Source of the DNA: a virus
Virus record (IMG/VR): IMGVR_UViG_2895319678_000007
Length of the DNA stretch: 64,000 nt
Direction: 5' to 3' (one strand)
The translations under genes were made by a program, and so were the position numbers. A model generated the notes under the pieces. That model was given only the letters and a program-made list of their open reading frames with translations. It was not told the DNA's origin and did no database searches. Shown here piece by piece: positions 17,801-26,806 of this stretch. The stretch's first letter is position 1; the number at the start of each line of letters is the position of its first letter.

Positions 17801-18790
17801 ATCCACCAAACCTTTGCCAAAGACGGCGGCACGTTGTTCCCCGGAGAGTTTATAATCGCTCTTCTCCCCCGTATTTTGTGCGGTATGGCCTGTACCTAAA
17901 GAAGCATCTGCTGCCACCTGTGAACGTAACAGCGTTTTGGCACGCTGCTTTGCCGTCTGTTCAATAACTTCCTTTCCTAACAGTTTCGCGCCGCCTTTGG
18001 CACCGGCTCGTAATAGAAAACCACCGCCTAATGAGGGTAGAACCAGAATAGCTGCATCTTCCACCAATCCCGTCGGATTGCTTGCCATATGGGCTACCGC
18101 TTCCGCGTAACGACTTTGTTCAAGCAGTTCATCACGTCGTTTCACATAATTTCGGCGTGAGGGCGTTTCCGTCTTTTCACGCGTCTCTTTGTCAAACTCA
18201 TGCACACTTTTCGCTATCTGTGATGATGTGGTTGACGGCACAAGGACGTTTAATAATCCCGCACCGGCATCGACTGTTCCCGTAATCGCCTGTGCCGCCG
18301 TGGAACCTATCCCCTGCCAGAACCCTGATGGTAGTTCGCTGTTTTTGATCTTATCGTTACTAACGGTAAAAAGTGCCCCGTTAATTCTACTGGCCGGTTG
18401 CGCGAGCTGTGCTTCGGTAAATTTTCCAGGGAAACGTTCATTCACGTCCTTATAAAGACTGTTTAACATTTCACGTTGTGTTTCCTGAGATTTATCACCA
18501 AAGTTTTTTGCCCGTAAGTAGCCGGTCACATTAACGAAGTTATCTGTCGGAAAAAGGTTCGGATCGTTCGCATAATTCGGCTTTGGCACAGAACTCTTCG
18601 GCGTGTTGCCGAGACCCTCTTTTTGCGCCAGAAGTGTCGCTATCAGCGCATTATTTTCTTCACTCAACTGTCGCGCCAATGGATTGGTTATTGTTTGCGG
18701 CGACGGCGTTGCCAGAACATTTCGCTTGATAAGGCCAATATCCCCACTGTCATTGACTAAAGGCACTTTTAATGGATTTATTGCCATCAC
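11873..18790 (-). CDS. Large internal virion/ejection polyvalent protein with zincin metallopeptidase and LPD38-like C-terminus
   Basis: 2305 aa; HEATHH (HExxH) at ~15321-15346; ELAGNFTRHG...FFAFWNAGMQ motif; terminal gene of the podophage ejection cluster. Confidence 0.78.
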   Translation of the reverse strand: MMAINPLKVPLVNDSGDIGLIKRNVLATPSPQTITNPLARQLSEENNALIATLLAQKEGLGNTPKSSVPKPNYANDPNLFPTDNFVNVTGYLRAKNFGDKSQETQREMLNSLYKDVNERFPGKFTEAQLAQPASRINGALFTVSNDKIKNSELPSGFWQGIGSTAAQAITGTVDAGAGLLNVLVPSTTSSQIAKSVHEFDKETREKTETPSRRNYVKRRDELLEQSRYAEAVAHMASNPTGLVEDAAILVLPSLGGGFLLRAGAKGGAKLLGKEVIEQTAKQRAKTLLRSQVAADASLGTGHTAQNTGEKSDYKLSGEQRAAVFGKGLVDAALSKFGYTYGINPENLLLRFGKAADLNGAKGILKSYFGSAAVDAASNMPSSGLDAALTMGFDKNGQFDANRVDWGKVTQAMASAGVYAPFTGGIPGALHAREQNANLARIARDDTVFNNATESKTQLAEAWPLADEAGRKEIAQQERALNASLEENLQARLAAMDATGARLFRKVKKEQQATERASLEERYRHLIDNNPIAEREQYGPTADDDAVILQKEFGNKPLDMHPAYLERYHKIFAVDNDPLYKRQNETASTTELMPPPLLLEDKGQRTTPLTRAEYDGSFIDWLKNRTPEERANTLYHLEQTDRIKRASEEALLERLRTEQDVERIKEWDDKLAQIRTERIAANTALQKMLAVMPVDDPALGLADHLRQEQAQIQDNVLRDIELATIARQKVTASELAKADSDKLARLAAEQTLLADAIDQQIAVMPETVNTIKAQKRVTQLRTNANEYLAQAYEKATGEKKSPSLELARFLPAYEQRLKEASRTARAAQLQEERSLRDRQDEVLAHLDAMRVPENLGPRESHSFNHLRRTEGRLQREEDAFINTDESLAQTEKRQLNQRKRKTLRSLADEQSTAAANNLMRQERRQNPLIAQTRSDATHTATTALSQRAQLFAETLRKEPNARDPLNVGALVNDRDTRLALPSVNDATGMVALLAERKAKAEGMTSGILYRNRAILNDILAAYETVHPKAYRAGMRLAEKVLKAEALGRSLPAGEIKVGSYLSQPNIDMLTRLKMGDILGALEAVKIDGHTSPIVQQLINMLKAARKTYPVNIELTAEPIVVRNAEVNATYDPVNATIYIRDQVADQPYYLVHEATHHALYQVLNDETRLLELSADQAKARSNLIMMYSEFAKKRNLPDGLQYAQRSIDEFISEAFSNPQLQAYLRTNPLATHAMPKFRRAFGSLVDAVRRFLNLKPKEFDNLSDIIGLTRLIVGADIMPVSGQLTGEFKNFGIASSKNFHSGILRIPLENSGDWQTIGRIDMLPSGRYKVTIDGEDMPFHEHIVDTANEASEWAADNYGARVGDVSENPTAPLVGEIRQADLYGQAFVDMNNKVLDSIGKRNAVAQAVAKEVTTRLSSLWSYFWATNVDVFSPAKAIDRIADRLGYRGTDGKPLNLYEKLTEGMAGARAVTGRPGADLNRVEQGIIDGLHAIGIPYNVFHDYAYAQRAIEMDQIKKEMVLMGVPTRIHENPTAFHWTDNKGKVHSGLEGAYEFLSTVPEEKQAQIESILKPMRDINQMLLDEERKSGLISTESYYRMKQAYHYVPLLSTGEKRPSIHKTFQGRYTKAADPVANMLYQMQTRYANVARNNALRALYEMVNSIGMADLFKLETHKLERDDAGNVIAVANQKWNDKNGVWVFLGDKKAKIVVDTQTRFGKDLLRAIQKPEMMPLLTMLRTTTGYMASNMTTYSPSFLLKVPVWNTVLTLLNFSGAFDRNMSANDHFRLATRSLVDVVRLLPEIVRDQASMKTDNPMRKLFAKAGGGNNAGAYYGLDAVSRRLNAGTATGPIDIIQQQGMKGLGSAALNMHHRFVRAVHASDEVFRYSAFLNFLEDRSGRDLRNMTQKELDAWAANNQGLITQAAKGSRELAGNFTRHGSGKVLPAFFAFWNAGMQSLPLVASIMSTQAGRFGLMGLSILAAAATQSALDDPDDEDTDGGSKFARSPSRKKSICFGDVCGEMPYEVRPFMIAMQNLILLGHGKIDMGEATGSIIRSAAETFMPVQPAGDMDSYTVTRMMIPTAAQPLITIGMGTNEFGQEVDNKYPVDWAGKQITNPANVERGKTTTPEFLKDMTRFFYEKSNGMVDISPARTDALLSSLFSGVYNMVRNTTTPPLKPVGWGDNAILQTATSAYRYKTNDYAVTQKYRELITQASASGRLNNLSDDGSYNVLMKNDPVAKIENQRAKAMRNLHIEGMTLSQLNGALDKAFYDGDEVAIAHYQELMRQYYDQSSLIYGNALIQLQDIVNEH

Positions 18791-19641
18791 GTTACCCCTT
18801 GTAATAAGCGATCAATATCTGCTGCTGTCGCGGGACGCGTACCAAAAAGTCCCGCTAAGGGCACCGGTGGTTGTCCATTATCATAGTCAGAATGGTTAAC
18901 ATTCGGTACAGCCGGTGTCATACCCTTTGGGTTCCCGTCGGACAGCATAAATGGCGATGTGTCTTTGGGTAATTCATACCCGACACCGAGCATTTTTGAC
19001 ATATCGCCCAAACCAGAAAGCTCTAAATCTAACCCGCTTTGCGCGGTCGTCGGTTGGGCCGTTGATAAACCATACTGTTGCAATGTTCGCGTGATCGCCG
19101 GGGAATAGTTCGCCAGCCCCAAATTCGGGTTTGTTGGCATTCCCATAAACTGCCGAACTCTTGCCACATAATTTCGCGTGATTTGGGGCAGACTGGCAAA
19201 TGAGCGTTGACCACTCATCAATTGTCTGAGACGCCCATCCCCGGCATTGTAACCCACCGGGATTAAGTCCCACGGGACTCCACGACGACGTGCATCCTGT
19301 ATGTACGCCGCTATCCCATTAATCGATTGTTGCGCATCGAGGGGATCTTGAACGTGATATTCTTGACGGTAGGCGGGCGTCAGTTGTGCAATGCCCAGCT
19401 CTCCGGCGGCGCCCGGCGTGTTTAACCCCTTCGCTAATCCCCACTTCGACTCAACGCCCAACATACTCTGAATTAAATTTTTAGCATCACCTTCGGGTTC
19501 CAGACCATACTGCTGTACCGCCTGTTTAACATAAGGTGCATAATGTTCCATACGTGAAACGTATTGTGGATTGTCTTTCCAGTACCCGTCTGTAAACGCC
19601 ATCGCTGTCCCCTTAACCGAGTCCCACCTTATTGGGATCAT
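18787..19641 (-). CDS. Virion-associated lytic transglycosylase (SLT domain) ejection protein
   Basis: MLGVES, GIAQLTP, GYNAGDG motifs; low-complexity tail. Confidence 0.88.
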   Translation of the reverse strand: MIPIRWDSVKGTAMAFTDGYWKDNPQYVSRMEHYAPYVKQAVQQYGLEPEGDAKNLIQSMLGVESKWGLAKGLNTPGAAGELGIAQLTPAYRQEYHVQDPLDAQQSINGIAAYIQDARRRGVPWDLIPVGYNAGDGRLRQLMSGQRSFASLPQITRNYVARVRQFMGMPTNPNLGLANYSPAITRTLQQYGLSTAQPTTAQSGLDLELSGLGDMSKMLGVGYELPKDTSPFMLSDGNPKGMTPAVPNVNHSDYDNGQPPVPLAGLFGTRPATAADIDRLLQGVT

Positions 19642-21007
19642 TACCGCCCAGCCCGTATTCGTTCTGCAATTTTTCTAAAATTTGTTGTTGCATCTCAGAA
19701 GGGACTTGCTCAAAAGGCACCTGTGGCAATTTGATGGACTGTGACTTTCCGCCATGATTTAACTCCAGTTGTGCTTTATTAATCTCCATTAGCATTTTCA
19801 TTATTTTGAGGTGGTACAAAGGGTCGTTTGCCAGCGCAGGATTTCCTGCCGCTTTCGCCCTCAACGCCTCTAACGCCGCCATCTGCTGGGCGTAAGTCAT
19901 ATCCTGCTTATAGGCCGCGTCTGCGCCAATACCGGTTGCCGTCAGCATCGGCGGCATATTGGCTGATATTCTTGCCGCAACCACCGAACCATTGGGTAAT
20001 CGGATAAGGGTGTGCCCCTCCGTGCCCGATCCATACGCTTGCGGCGTGGTAGACAGTAAACCCCGGTTGACATTGCCCGCATCAGAATCCAGGTAGAGCT
20101 GTCCGTTAATCTGATTATTACCCAACACACTGGCTTTCATCGTCGGATCAGCTAACACGCGGTCAAACACGCCATACGCATTTTTCGATGCCTCCGTTGC
20201 CGCCAAATTTGCATCTGCCCGCGCCAGATACGGATTTTGCGTCTTTCGTAATGTGTCACCATATTGCTGCTGCCAGTAAGGGGATTCCTGCATTCCTCTG
20301 GCTTTTAGCAAATCTTCTTGCTTAACCAATTGTGTGGGTGTGGTTCCCATCAGATGGGCATAACTTTCTAAGCCGCCAATACTGTTCTGAGGCACCCCAT
20401 AAATGCCGTTCGCCGTCATATAAACAGGGTGGCCACCATAATTTGTCGTTGGGTTATAAGCCACGTCTGTCAGCGCACGGACGCCTAATGCGCGAGCCAT
20501 ATGATCCGCACTCGGCTGATAGGCTGGTGTTGTCGTTTCCTGTTGAGGTAATGGTGTATTAATCCCCGGATTGGTGGTTTCTTTTGGCGGTAATGGCGTA
20601 TTAATCCCCGGATATTCCCGTTGCGGCATAATGCGGGAAGATGCTTGTGGGGCTTGCCGTGTAACGGCGGACGATACGGAAGGAATCCCGTGCTCCTGAA
20701 TTATGGGGTCTAACAACCGGCTCAATGCTTGCGCATCCGCAGACGAAGGAGGATTGACCGCAGTATCGGTAAACCCATGACGCTGCAACGCATTACCCAA
20801 CGCGGTTAAACCTTGTCCAAAAAGACTGTCTTTAAACGGCTTATGATTATCGGGAAGCTGGGACTGCCCGACCGCATACTGCGCATAACCTTTATTTTCG
20901 TAATAAGGTCTTTTTGGGTCATAGACAAATCCGAGTGCCTTTGCTTGATCAAACAGGTCTTTATCATCAGGGCTAATATAAGGCGCAATGGGTGTTGTGT
21001 TTGCCAT
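19613..21007 (-). CDS. Putative ejection (internal virion) protein
   Basis: Ala/Gly/Gln-rich; internal PGINTPLP duplication; position in cluster. Confidence 0.6.
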   Translation of the reverse strand: MANTTPIAPYISPDDKDLFDQAKALGFVYDPKRPYYENKGYAQYAVGQSQLPDNHKPFKDSLFGQGLTALGNALQRHGFTDTAVNPPSSADAQALSRLLDPIIQEHGIPSVSSAVTRQAPQASSRIMPQREYPGINTPLPPKETTNPGINTPLPQQETTTPAYQPSADHMARALGVRALTDVAYNPTTNYGGHPVYMTANGIYGVPQNSIGGLESYAHLMGTTPTQLVKQEDLLKARGMQESPYWQQQYGDTLRKTQNPYLARADANLAATEASKNAYGVFDRVLADPTMKASVLGNNQINGQLYLDSDAGNVNRGLLSTTPQAYGSGTEGHTLIRLPNGSVVAARISANMPPMLTATGIGADAAYKQDMTYAQQMAALEALRAKAAGNPALANDPLYHLKIMKMLMEINKAQLELNHGGKSQSIKLPQVPFEQVPSEMQQQILEKLQNEYGLGGNDPNKVGLG

Positions 21008-21015
21008 ATATCCCC

Positions 21016-21522
21016 CTACCGTAATGGCTTATTACCAACATATGGCTGGAATGGATGCGGCATCCCCCCTGATGGCTCCTGATACGTGCCGAGCAAACCG
21101 GGAATTGCGCTTCCGTAAGCGGGGGCATTATTTTGATTTGCCGGTTGTCGCATTTGTAAGCCCATTGGTTGATCTGATTGCGTGAGTTGCCTGTGCAATT
21201 CCAGATATTGCCGTTGCAGTTCGGGGTCACTCCACGGCCCAGGGTCTGCCGACATACCATCTCGGTCAATTAACGTACTGAGTCCGCTTAAGTAACGCCC
21301 TTGCTGAAATTTATTTCCCGCGTAATCCGCTTCAAAACCCGCTTCCTGACTACGCAACCGCATGGGATCAAGATACACATTATTCTGATAACGGCGAAAA
21401 CCGTCAGCGAGGTTAAGCCCCACCCCTAATGCATTCGCAAGTCCCGCCCCCATCCCCAAAGAACCATAACCACCCAGCGAACCGCCCCAACTGTCGCCTC
21501 TTGGTACGAATCCGTAAACCAT
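21016..21522 (-). CDS. Putative ejection protein (Gly-rich N-terminus)
   Basis: GGSLGGYGSLGMGAGLANALG; position in cluster. Confidence 0.55.
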   Translation of the reverse strand: MVYGFVPRGDSWGGSLGGYGSLGMGAGLANALGVGLNLADGFRRYQNNVYLDPMRLRSQEAGFEADYAGNKFQQGRYLSGLSTLIDRDGMSADPGPWSDPELQRQYLELHRQLTQSDQPMGLQMRQPANQNNAPAYGSAIPGLLGTYQEPSGGMPHPFQPYVGNKPLR

Positions 21523-21523
21523 G

Positions 21524-21760
21524 TTAACCCCCTAATATTTGTGCAACGCCATCAAACTGATCGCTCTGGAATGCGGTTGATGTCGTATCATCGAGTACCC
21601 CGTCTTTCACTGTCTTCTGCATGGTCTGTATCAACGCATCAGCGGGCGACGTTTCTTCCGCGTCGGACTTAGGATGCTGCGATAAATACGCACTCATACG
21701 TGGGCTACGGGTATACGTTACGGTAGGAAGTTCTCCAAAATGCCGGTGCATTTTTTTCAT
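21524..21760 (-). CDS. Hypothetical virion-cluster protein
   Basis: 78 aa, coupled to both neighbours. Confidence 0.55.
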   Translation of the reverse strand: MKKMHRHFGELPTVTYTRSPRMSAYLSQHPKSDAEETSPADALIQTMQKTVKDGVLDDTTSTAFQSDQFDGVAQILGG

Positions 21761-22596
21761 ACGGCGTCCTCTTTCATTGATAGGGATTCTCCCCCATCAT
21801 CACAGGCAGATGTACCACAAAAGCCAAAGAGCATCGGTAAAACGACAGAGAGTGCCGCTGCTAACATTTGCATATCACCCATATCCGCTTTTGCCGTAGC
21901 CCGTAAGGATTGTGCAAGAAAACCATAGTTCTGGCCCGCGCCCGCTAAATAGTCCGCAGAAAGTTGTTTGCGATTCATGACATCCCGTTCAAAAAGCGTT
22001 GTCGTGCGCTCCAGTACTTCAAAGGTTCGATCAAAGGCTTTCGTCCGTTCTTCTTCAAATGCCTGTGTCGTTGCCAGTGTCGTCGCTATGATTTCGGCAC
22101 GCTTAATACCTGCCCAAACATCACAGTTCAGACCGTAGTGATAACGATCCGCCGTTTGCTGGGCCTCCATATACGCTTTATTCGCCAATATTTTTGCATT
22201 GGCTCGCGCACGGCGCAGGATACCTTCGTAATCTGCTTTATACCCACATAACGCAAAGGCACATAACGCGTCATGTAACTTATCGTCACACGGGCGCAAT
22301 TTATCCGCCCAGGTATTCAGGTCATAGCCTTTATCGCGGAAAAATTTCGTTAAATCTTCCCAATTATTTTCTGCATCTTTTGCTTTGCTAATCAGATCTT
22401 TGTTCGTTAACATCCCCGTCAACGTACCCACGAGCGAACCTATTGCCATCCACTTTCCATCATCGCGGCGGGGAGGACGAGGAACCTGAATAATCGTATT
22501 GGTGGAGTTAGCTGTATTATTTGTACCGTCTACCGTATTTTTATCTACCGTAACCTGCTGTACAGATTCGGCTTGCTTGCCCGGATCGGTTGCCAT
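21757..22596 (-). CDS. Putative ejection/internal virion protein
   Basis: Helical, with N- and C-terminal hydrophobic segments; SD GGAGG. Confidence 0.6.
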   Translation of the reverse strand: MATDPGKQAESVQQVTVDKNTVDGTNNTANSTNTIIQVPRPPRRDDGKWMAIGSLVGTLTGMLTNKDLISKAKDAENNWEDLTKFFRDKGYDLNTWADKLRPCDDKLHDALCAFALCGYKADYEGILRRARANAKILANKAYMEAQQTADRYHYGLNCDVWAGIKRAEIIATTLATTQAFEEERTKAFDRTFEVLERTTTLFERDVMNRKQLSADYLAGAGQNYGFLAQSLRATAKADMGDMQMLAAALSVVLPMLFGFCGTSACDDGGESLSMKEDAV

Positions 22597-22604
22597 AACA
22601 CCTC

Positions 22605-24428
22605 CTAAAGTTCGGTCATGTTTGCCGCTAACGCCAGTTCAGATACAACCGCTGTTGATTTCACTTCAATCTGCCAACGACGTACTAAACCCTGTCCATT
22701 AACCCTAAAGGGTTTATCGCTCCAAACAGGGCGATCTATCCTTATCCGTTCATTTCCCATCAGAGTTAACGCCACTTTAGGGGCAACAATATACGGGAGT
22801 GCGATAGAGGCATCAGGATACTTCTGCAAGAATTCACCCGTATCGGCAGGTGTCAACAAACGTCTATATTGCCGCCAAACCAATGACACCCAATCTCTAT
22901 AATCAGAAGGGACATCTTCGGCGTCACTATGAACGACACCAACGCCGATGGATTCCGGATTTGTCGCGGAAAAAAGGGCTGATTTCCAGGTAGCCTGCAT
23001 CGCATAATCATTTTGTTCCCAGCCAAACACCATCGAACCGAATGCCACCGCCATACTGGTTTCATCACCAAAGTATAAGGCGTGTGTCCGATGGCTAAGA
23101 TACACTAAATCAGTTTCGGCATACGCCTGATCATTCGTTCGCAGGGGAAACATAATCGACAGACTCTGTGCGTTATCCGTGAACGCAAAAATACGTTGGT
23201 CATAAAAACCCAGAACATAATGCTGGGGTGCCATTTTGAGCCACCATTCTTTATCCATCCAGTTTGCTGTTAACAAACCCACACCCGCACCGGTGACAAC
23301 TGCTATTCCCTCTTCACTACAATAATAGACAGACTCCCCTATACACATTACCCCTTTCACACTCAGACAAGGCATTCGCCGATTAATACGAGTGATGGTC
23401 AATTTATCGGGTAATTCCCCGGTAATCACAAAAGGTACGCCTTTGGTCAATACCACTGCCTGATACGCGCCGGTCTTTGTTCGGAAAGAAACAATACGAA
23501 CAATCTCATCATCCACAACCAACGTATTGGCTTCGGGAAACGCATGAGGTTGTTTGTGTGCGGAAACATAAATATGACATCCAGACCAAACCAGAATCGC
23601 CCCATAGCCAATATTGGCGACACCTTCCGCACAGGGCACCGGATACCAGGTCTGTGTCATCAATGGATTGCCACCGGCAAACAGACCGGGACAAAAAACA
23701 AACGCCAGTTTTGTTGCTGCTTGTTCACCTACCTGTGCCATTTCGGCGTCTTTATCGCCCACCAAAAGCATATACCAACGGATAGTTGCCGCATTAACGG
23801 GCGCTTTTTCTGTTGGCACCAACATGACCGACTCCGTATAAGGAACGAGGATCGGTTCCGAATAATCACTTGGCCCTGATTCTTCTTGGCAATCGGTCAC
23901 CCAGGTATAACAAAAGGTCAGTACCAGCGGGGGCAGTTCCTGATTTGGACAATCCTGTTCCGTCGGCAAACTTTTTTGCCAACAATCATCAGGAATAGGG
24001 ATATCATCCGGACATTTCTGCCCGGTCACTTTCACATCCGGTGCCTTAATTGGACGTGGTATCCCTAATGCCACCGGCCCTTCTTTATCGGTTATCCATG
24101 CATAGCCGCTTCGCCACACCTGATTGTCGCTGACAAAAAGAAATGATTGCGGCCCCGCGATATGAATGGGATCTTCGGCAATGGGGGTTACGTGTTCGAA
24201 ACCGAGCCATGCTCCCCCAATTTTATAGAGTGCTTTTACCTCACCACTCATCGGTTTTCCGTTGATATCTACCGCATTGTACAGGGGACGTGGGGCACGT
24301 AAGGGCACAATTCCCCCCGAATGAAGTAAGCAATTTTCAGCAAAAGCGGCAAAACCCGCACCCAGTTTATCTGATCGGATTTTAGGAATGACGCCCTGAA
24401 ACTTATTAATTTTCATGGGGGCCTCCAC
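22605..24428 (-). CDS. Podophage tail nozzle/stabilisation protein (T7 gp12 / P22 gp10-like)
   Basis: FQGVIP...FAENCLLHSGGIVP start, HAFPE, beta-rich 607 aa, ATWKS near the C-terminus. Confidence 0.7.
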   Translation of the reverse strand: MEAPMKINKFQGVIPKIRSDKLGAGFAAFAENCLLHSGGIVPLRAPRPLYNAVDINGKPMSGEVKALYKIGGAWLGFEHVTPIAEDPIHIAGPQSFLFVSDNQVWRSGYAWITDKEGPVALGIPRPIKAPDVKVTGQKCPDDIPIPDDCWQKSLPTEQDCPNQELPPLVLTFCYTWVTDCQEESGPSDYSEPILVPYTESVMLVPTEKAPVNAATIRWYMLLVGDKDAEMAQVGEQAATKLAFVFCPGLFAGGNPLMTQTWYPVPCAEGVANIGYGAILVWSGCHIYVSAHKQPHAFPEANTLVVDDEIVRIVSFRTKTGAYQAVVLTKGVPFVITGELPDKLTITRINRRMPCLSVKGVMCIGESVYYCSEEGIAVVTGAGVGLLTANWMDKEWWLKMAPQHYVLGFYDQRIFAFTDNAQSLSIMFPLRTNDQAYAETDLVYLSHRTHALYFGDETSMAVAFGSMVFGWEQNDYAMQATWKSALFSATNPESIGVGVVHSDAEDVPSDYRDWVSLVWRQYRRLLTPADTGEFLQKYPDASIALPYIVAPKVALTLMGNERIRIDRPVWSDKPFRVNGQGLVRRWQIEVKSTAVVSELALAANMTEL

Positions 24429-24852
24429 AGGGCTTACTGACTAATTCTTTGATACCCGCACAATCAATAGACACCGTGTCTGTTTCACAATCATAAACTA
24501 ACGGATGCGCATAGTTCGGGCGCGACTCCCGTGCAATCGCCCGAATGGCATCGACGGAACAGGCGGTATAAACAATTCGGCTTCCTACCGGAAAACACCC
24601 CTGACGATTTTGAAAACGGGATATGGTCAACGTATCACCGTTTCGGCCTGTCACAATCACTTCCTCACACCCCGGATCACACGGTGGACTCATCAAGGCA
24701 TGAAACATCTGGCCTGCCTGCATTTCAGGAAAGTGTCGTCCTTGTCCGCTACGGAGTTTGACGTTTCCTGACTGACAAAAGGATTCACTCAACGTCCCAC
24801 TTCCTAACAGATCACATGGGAGCGCCAGATACTTATTCGGACATGACGGCAT
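24406..24852 (-). CDS. Tail-associated protein, paralog 1 (E.V.VT.R.GDTLT..R domain)
   Basis: EEVIVTGRNGDTLTISR...FPVGSRI. Confidence 0.65.
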   Translation of the reverse strand: MPSCPNKYLALPCDLLGSGTLSESFCQSGNVKLRSGQGRHFPEMQAGQMFHALMSPPCDPGCEEVIVTGRNGDTLTISRFQNRQGCFPVGSRIVYTACSVDAIRAIARESRPNYAHPLVYDCETDTVSIDCAGIKELVSKPCGGPHEN

Positions 24853-24860
24853 CGCAACTC

Positions 24861-25190
24861 CTAATTGGTTTGCTGTTTCAATACTTCAAGAATCCCCGTT
24901 TCTGTCCAGACAAACGTAATGCAGTCCCCGGCACAATAAGGGAGTTTCCCTCCCTCAATACCCCGTTCAACCACAATAGTATCCGGATACGGTTTCTCAT
25001 CGTAATTCGTCGTATGGTGATATTTTACGACTTCCGCGCGTCCTGGGCCTTTCAGTATCAAATACGTATAATTGCCGACACCCACGGCATCAAGCTCACG
25101 TGCGCGTCCATTAGCGATACTCAGGGTGTTTTCTGACGCCGTAATATAATGATCGAGGGTGCCCGAAAACGTCACGATTGCCCTGTACAT
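24861..25190 (-). CDS. Tail-associated protein, paralog 2
   Basis: AEVVKY...DTIVVERGIEG...CAGDCI. Confidence 0.6.
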   Translation of the reverse strand: MYRAIVTFSGTLDHYITASENTLSIANGRARELDAVGVGNYTYLILKGPGRAEVVKYHHTTNYDEKPYPDTIVVERGIEGGKLPYCAGDCITFVWTETGILEVLKQQTN

Positions 25191-25624
25191 GGCTTCGCCT
25201 CTCCATCAATATGGGTGATATGGCCTGCTGCATCTAGCGTAATAATGGTGTCACAAGACAACGCATAACAGCCCGGTGTTATACACCCTCCCATCCCTTT
25301 ATCGGTGCACTGTGCGATCATTTCGCAAAGCTGGGCCGGATTCCAGTCAAAATAAAGACAGGTGCCTGCGGGCCATGATTGTGCTGTTGTACTGTCTGTG
25401 CCTCGTTCTACATGCAATTTATTACCTGACGCCCCATTCACCAAAACGACTTCACGCTTACTGCCGACACCCTTCATGGTCAAATAATAATGGGTGCCCG
25501 CTGCCGGGGTCATGGCACCGGCTAATCCCAACGCTACCATGAGAAACTGATCTGTAGGCCCAATATTCATGGACAGGGTGGTACTTAGGGCATACTTCGT
25601 TTTATCGATCATGGCAATCTCCAC
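25172..25624 (-). CDS. Tail-associated protein, paralog 3
   Basis: REVVLVNGASGNKLHVERGTDSTTAQSWPAGTCL. Confidence 0.65.
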   Translation of the reverse strand: MEIAMIDKTKYALSTTLSMNIGPTDQFLMVALGLAGAMTPAAGTHYYLTMKGVGSKREVVLVNGASGNKLHVERGTDSTTAQSWPAGTCLYFDWNPAQLCEMIAQCTDKGMGGCITPGCYALSCDTIITLDAAGHITHIDGEAKPCTGQS

Positions 25625-26210
25625 AGGCGATAATCGGCGTAGTATCTTCGGGCCATACTTCTAAATCCGGCACACAACACTGCGTTTCATATTGGTTACA
25701 CTCACTGGTGCATTCCTGCATCACCGCCGTTGTCGCATTTACATTGGCCGTCATAAAGGGTTTATAAAAATAAAGCCGTTTATTGACTGCTATATGATTC
25801 ACAATCAATTCACTTTCGTAATATCCCGGTGGCGCTTTGAGAAACAGATCGGGCCACCGGAAACGGACTTCGCCTTTCGGTGTCACCGAAATAGCACACA
25901 TCGCCCATTGCCACTGGCAATGATTTATTCGTCGCAAACGCATAATCATCGACTGACGTACCCAAACATCATTACGTTCCTGCGTATAAAAACGAAAATC
26001 AAAGAGTCGTTCTATTTCCCCTTGTTGAATACGTATCGCCTGACGCGCGCTGAACGTATAGCAGGGTTCCGGTCTACACATTTGTTCCGGACAGACTGGC
26101 CCTGTCGATTCACAGCCCGGATCATAAACAGGTAAGACACAGGGGTCACAGTCGATACCACACGCACTGTCCAAATGTGTTCCTGTCTGGTTAATCGTGT
26201 ACGATTTCAT
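25602..26210 (-). CDS. Very Cys-rich structural-cluster protein
   Basis: 15 Cys in 202 aa, clustered at both termini. Confidence 0.6.
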   Translation of the reverse strand: MKSYTINQTGTHLDSACGIDCDPCVLPVYDPGCESTGPVCPEQMCRPEPCYTFSARQAIRIQQGEIERLFDFRFYTQERNDVWVRQSMIMRLRRINHCQWQWAMCAISVTPKGEVRFRWPDLFLKAPPGYYESELIVNHIAVNKRLYFYKPFMTANVNATTAVMQECTSECNQYETQCCVPDLEVWPEDTTPIIACGDCHDR

Positions 26211-26806
26211 AGTAATCTCCTGGCGGACGCTCTGGTATGACGACGTACTCTCCCTGAGTGCATTTTGGGTCGGGAATTAGAAAAGTTCATGATCCGGGAC
26301 GCCTTCGTATCCGCAATCGCATCATGGAACTGACGGGCGGCCAACTGTGCCACGTCGTAATCAACCATTTGAGAACCATACATACTGTGTAAGTATTGTC
26401 TGGCACCATCCAGTATCGGCATCCGAAAACGTGTTAAAAATTCTTCCGGGATCTGGCAATTATCAATACCGGTTATCGCCCAGGCATAATGCACGGAAAC
26501 ACAGGCACCTTCATGATAATCATCAAATAACCGCACTACCTGATACTGGCCGTCACGTGTCCACTGTGTCGTTGATTCGCCATTAACGGAAACGTTAATA
26601 ATACTACTGATAAGTTGATATGCGGGCACATCCAGCCAGTACTCACACACCCCTGTCTGATAAGGTATCTGTAACGTATCCGTAAAAATTTCCGTTTCGA
26701 GCATGAATGTTTTCATGGCTTCCACTAACGCCAGTTGCGCTTGTGCTGGGCCGACACTTCGACACATCAACTGCAACGGTGCCACTAAATCATTGACGAC
26801 TGCCAT
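26207..26806 (-). CDS. Head-tail adaptor-like protein
   Basis: Helical A...F...T.I pattern, basic C-terminus; position after capsid genes. Confidence 0.6.
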   Translation of the reverse strand: MAVVNDLVAPLQLMCRSVGPAQAQLALVEAMKTFMLETEIFTDTLQIPYQTGVCEYWLDVPAYQLISSIINVSVNGESTTQWTRDGQYQVVRLFDDYHEGACVSVHYAWAITGIDNCQIPEEFLTRFRMPILDGARQYLHSMYGSQMVDYDVAQLAARQFHDAIADTKASRIMNFSNSRPKMHSGRVRRHTRASARRLL

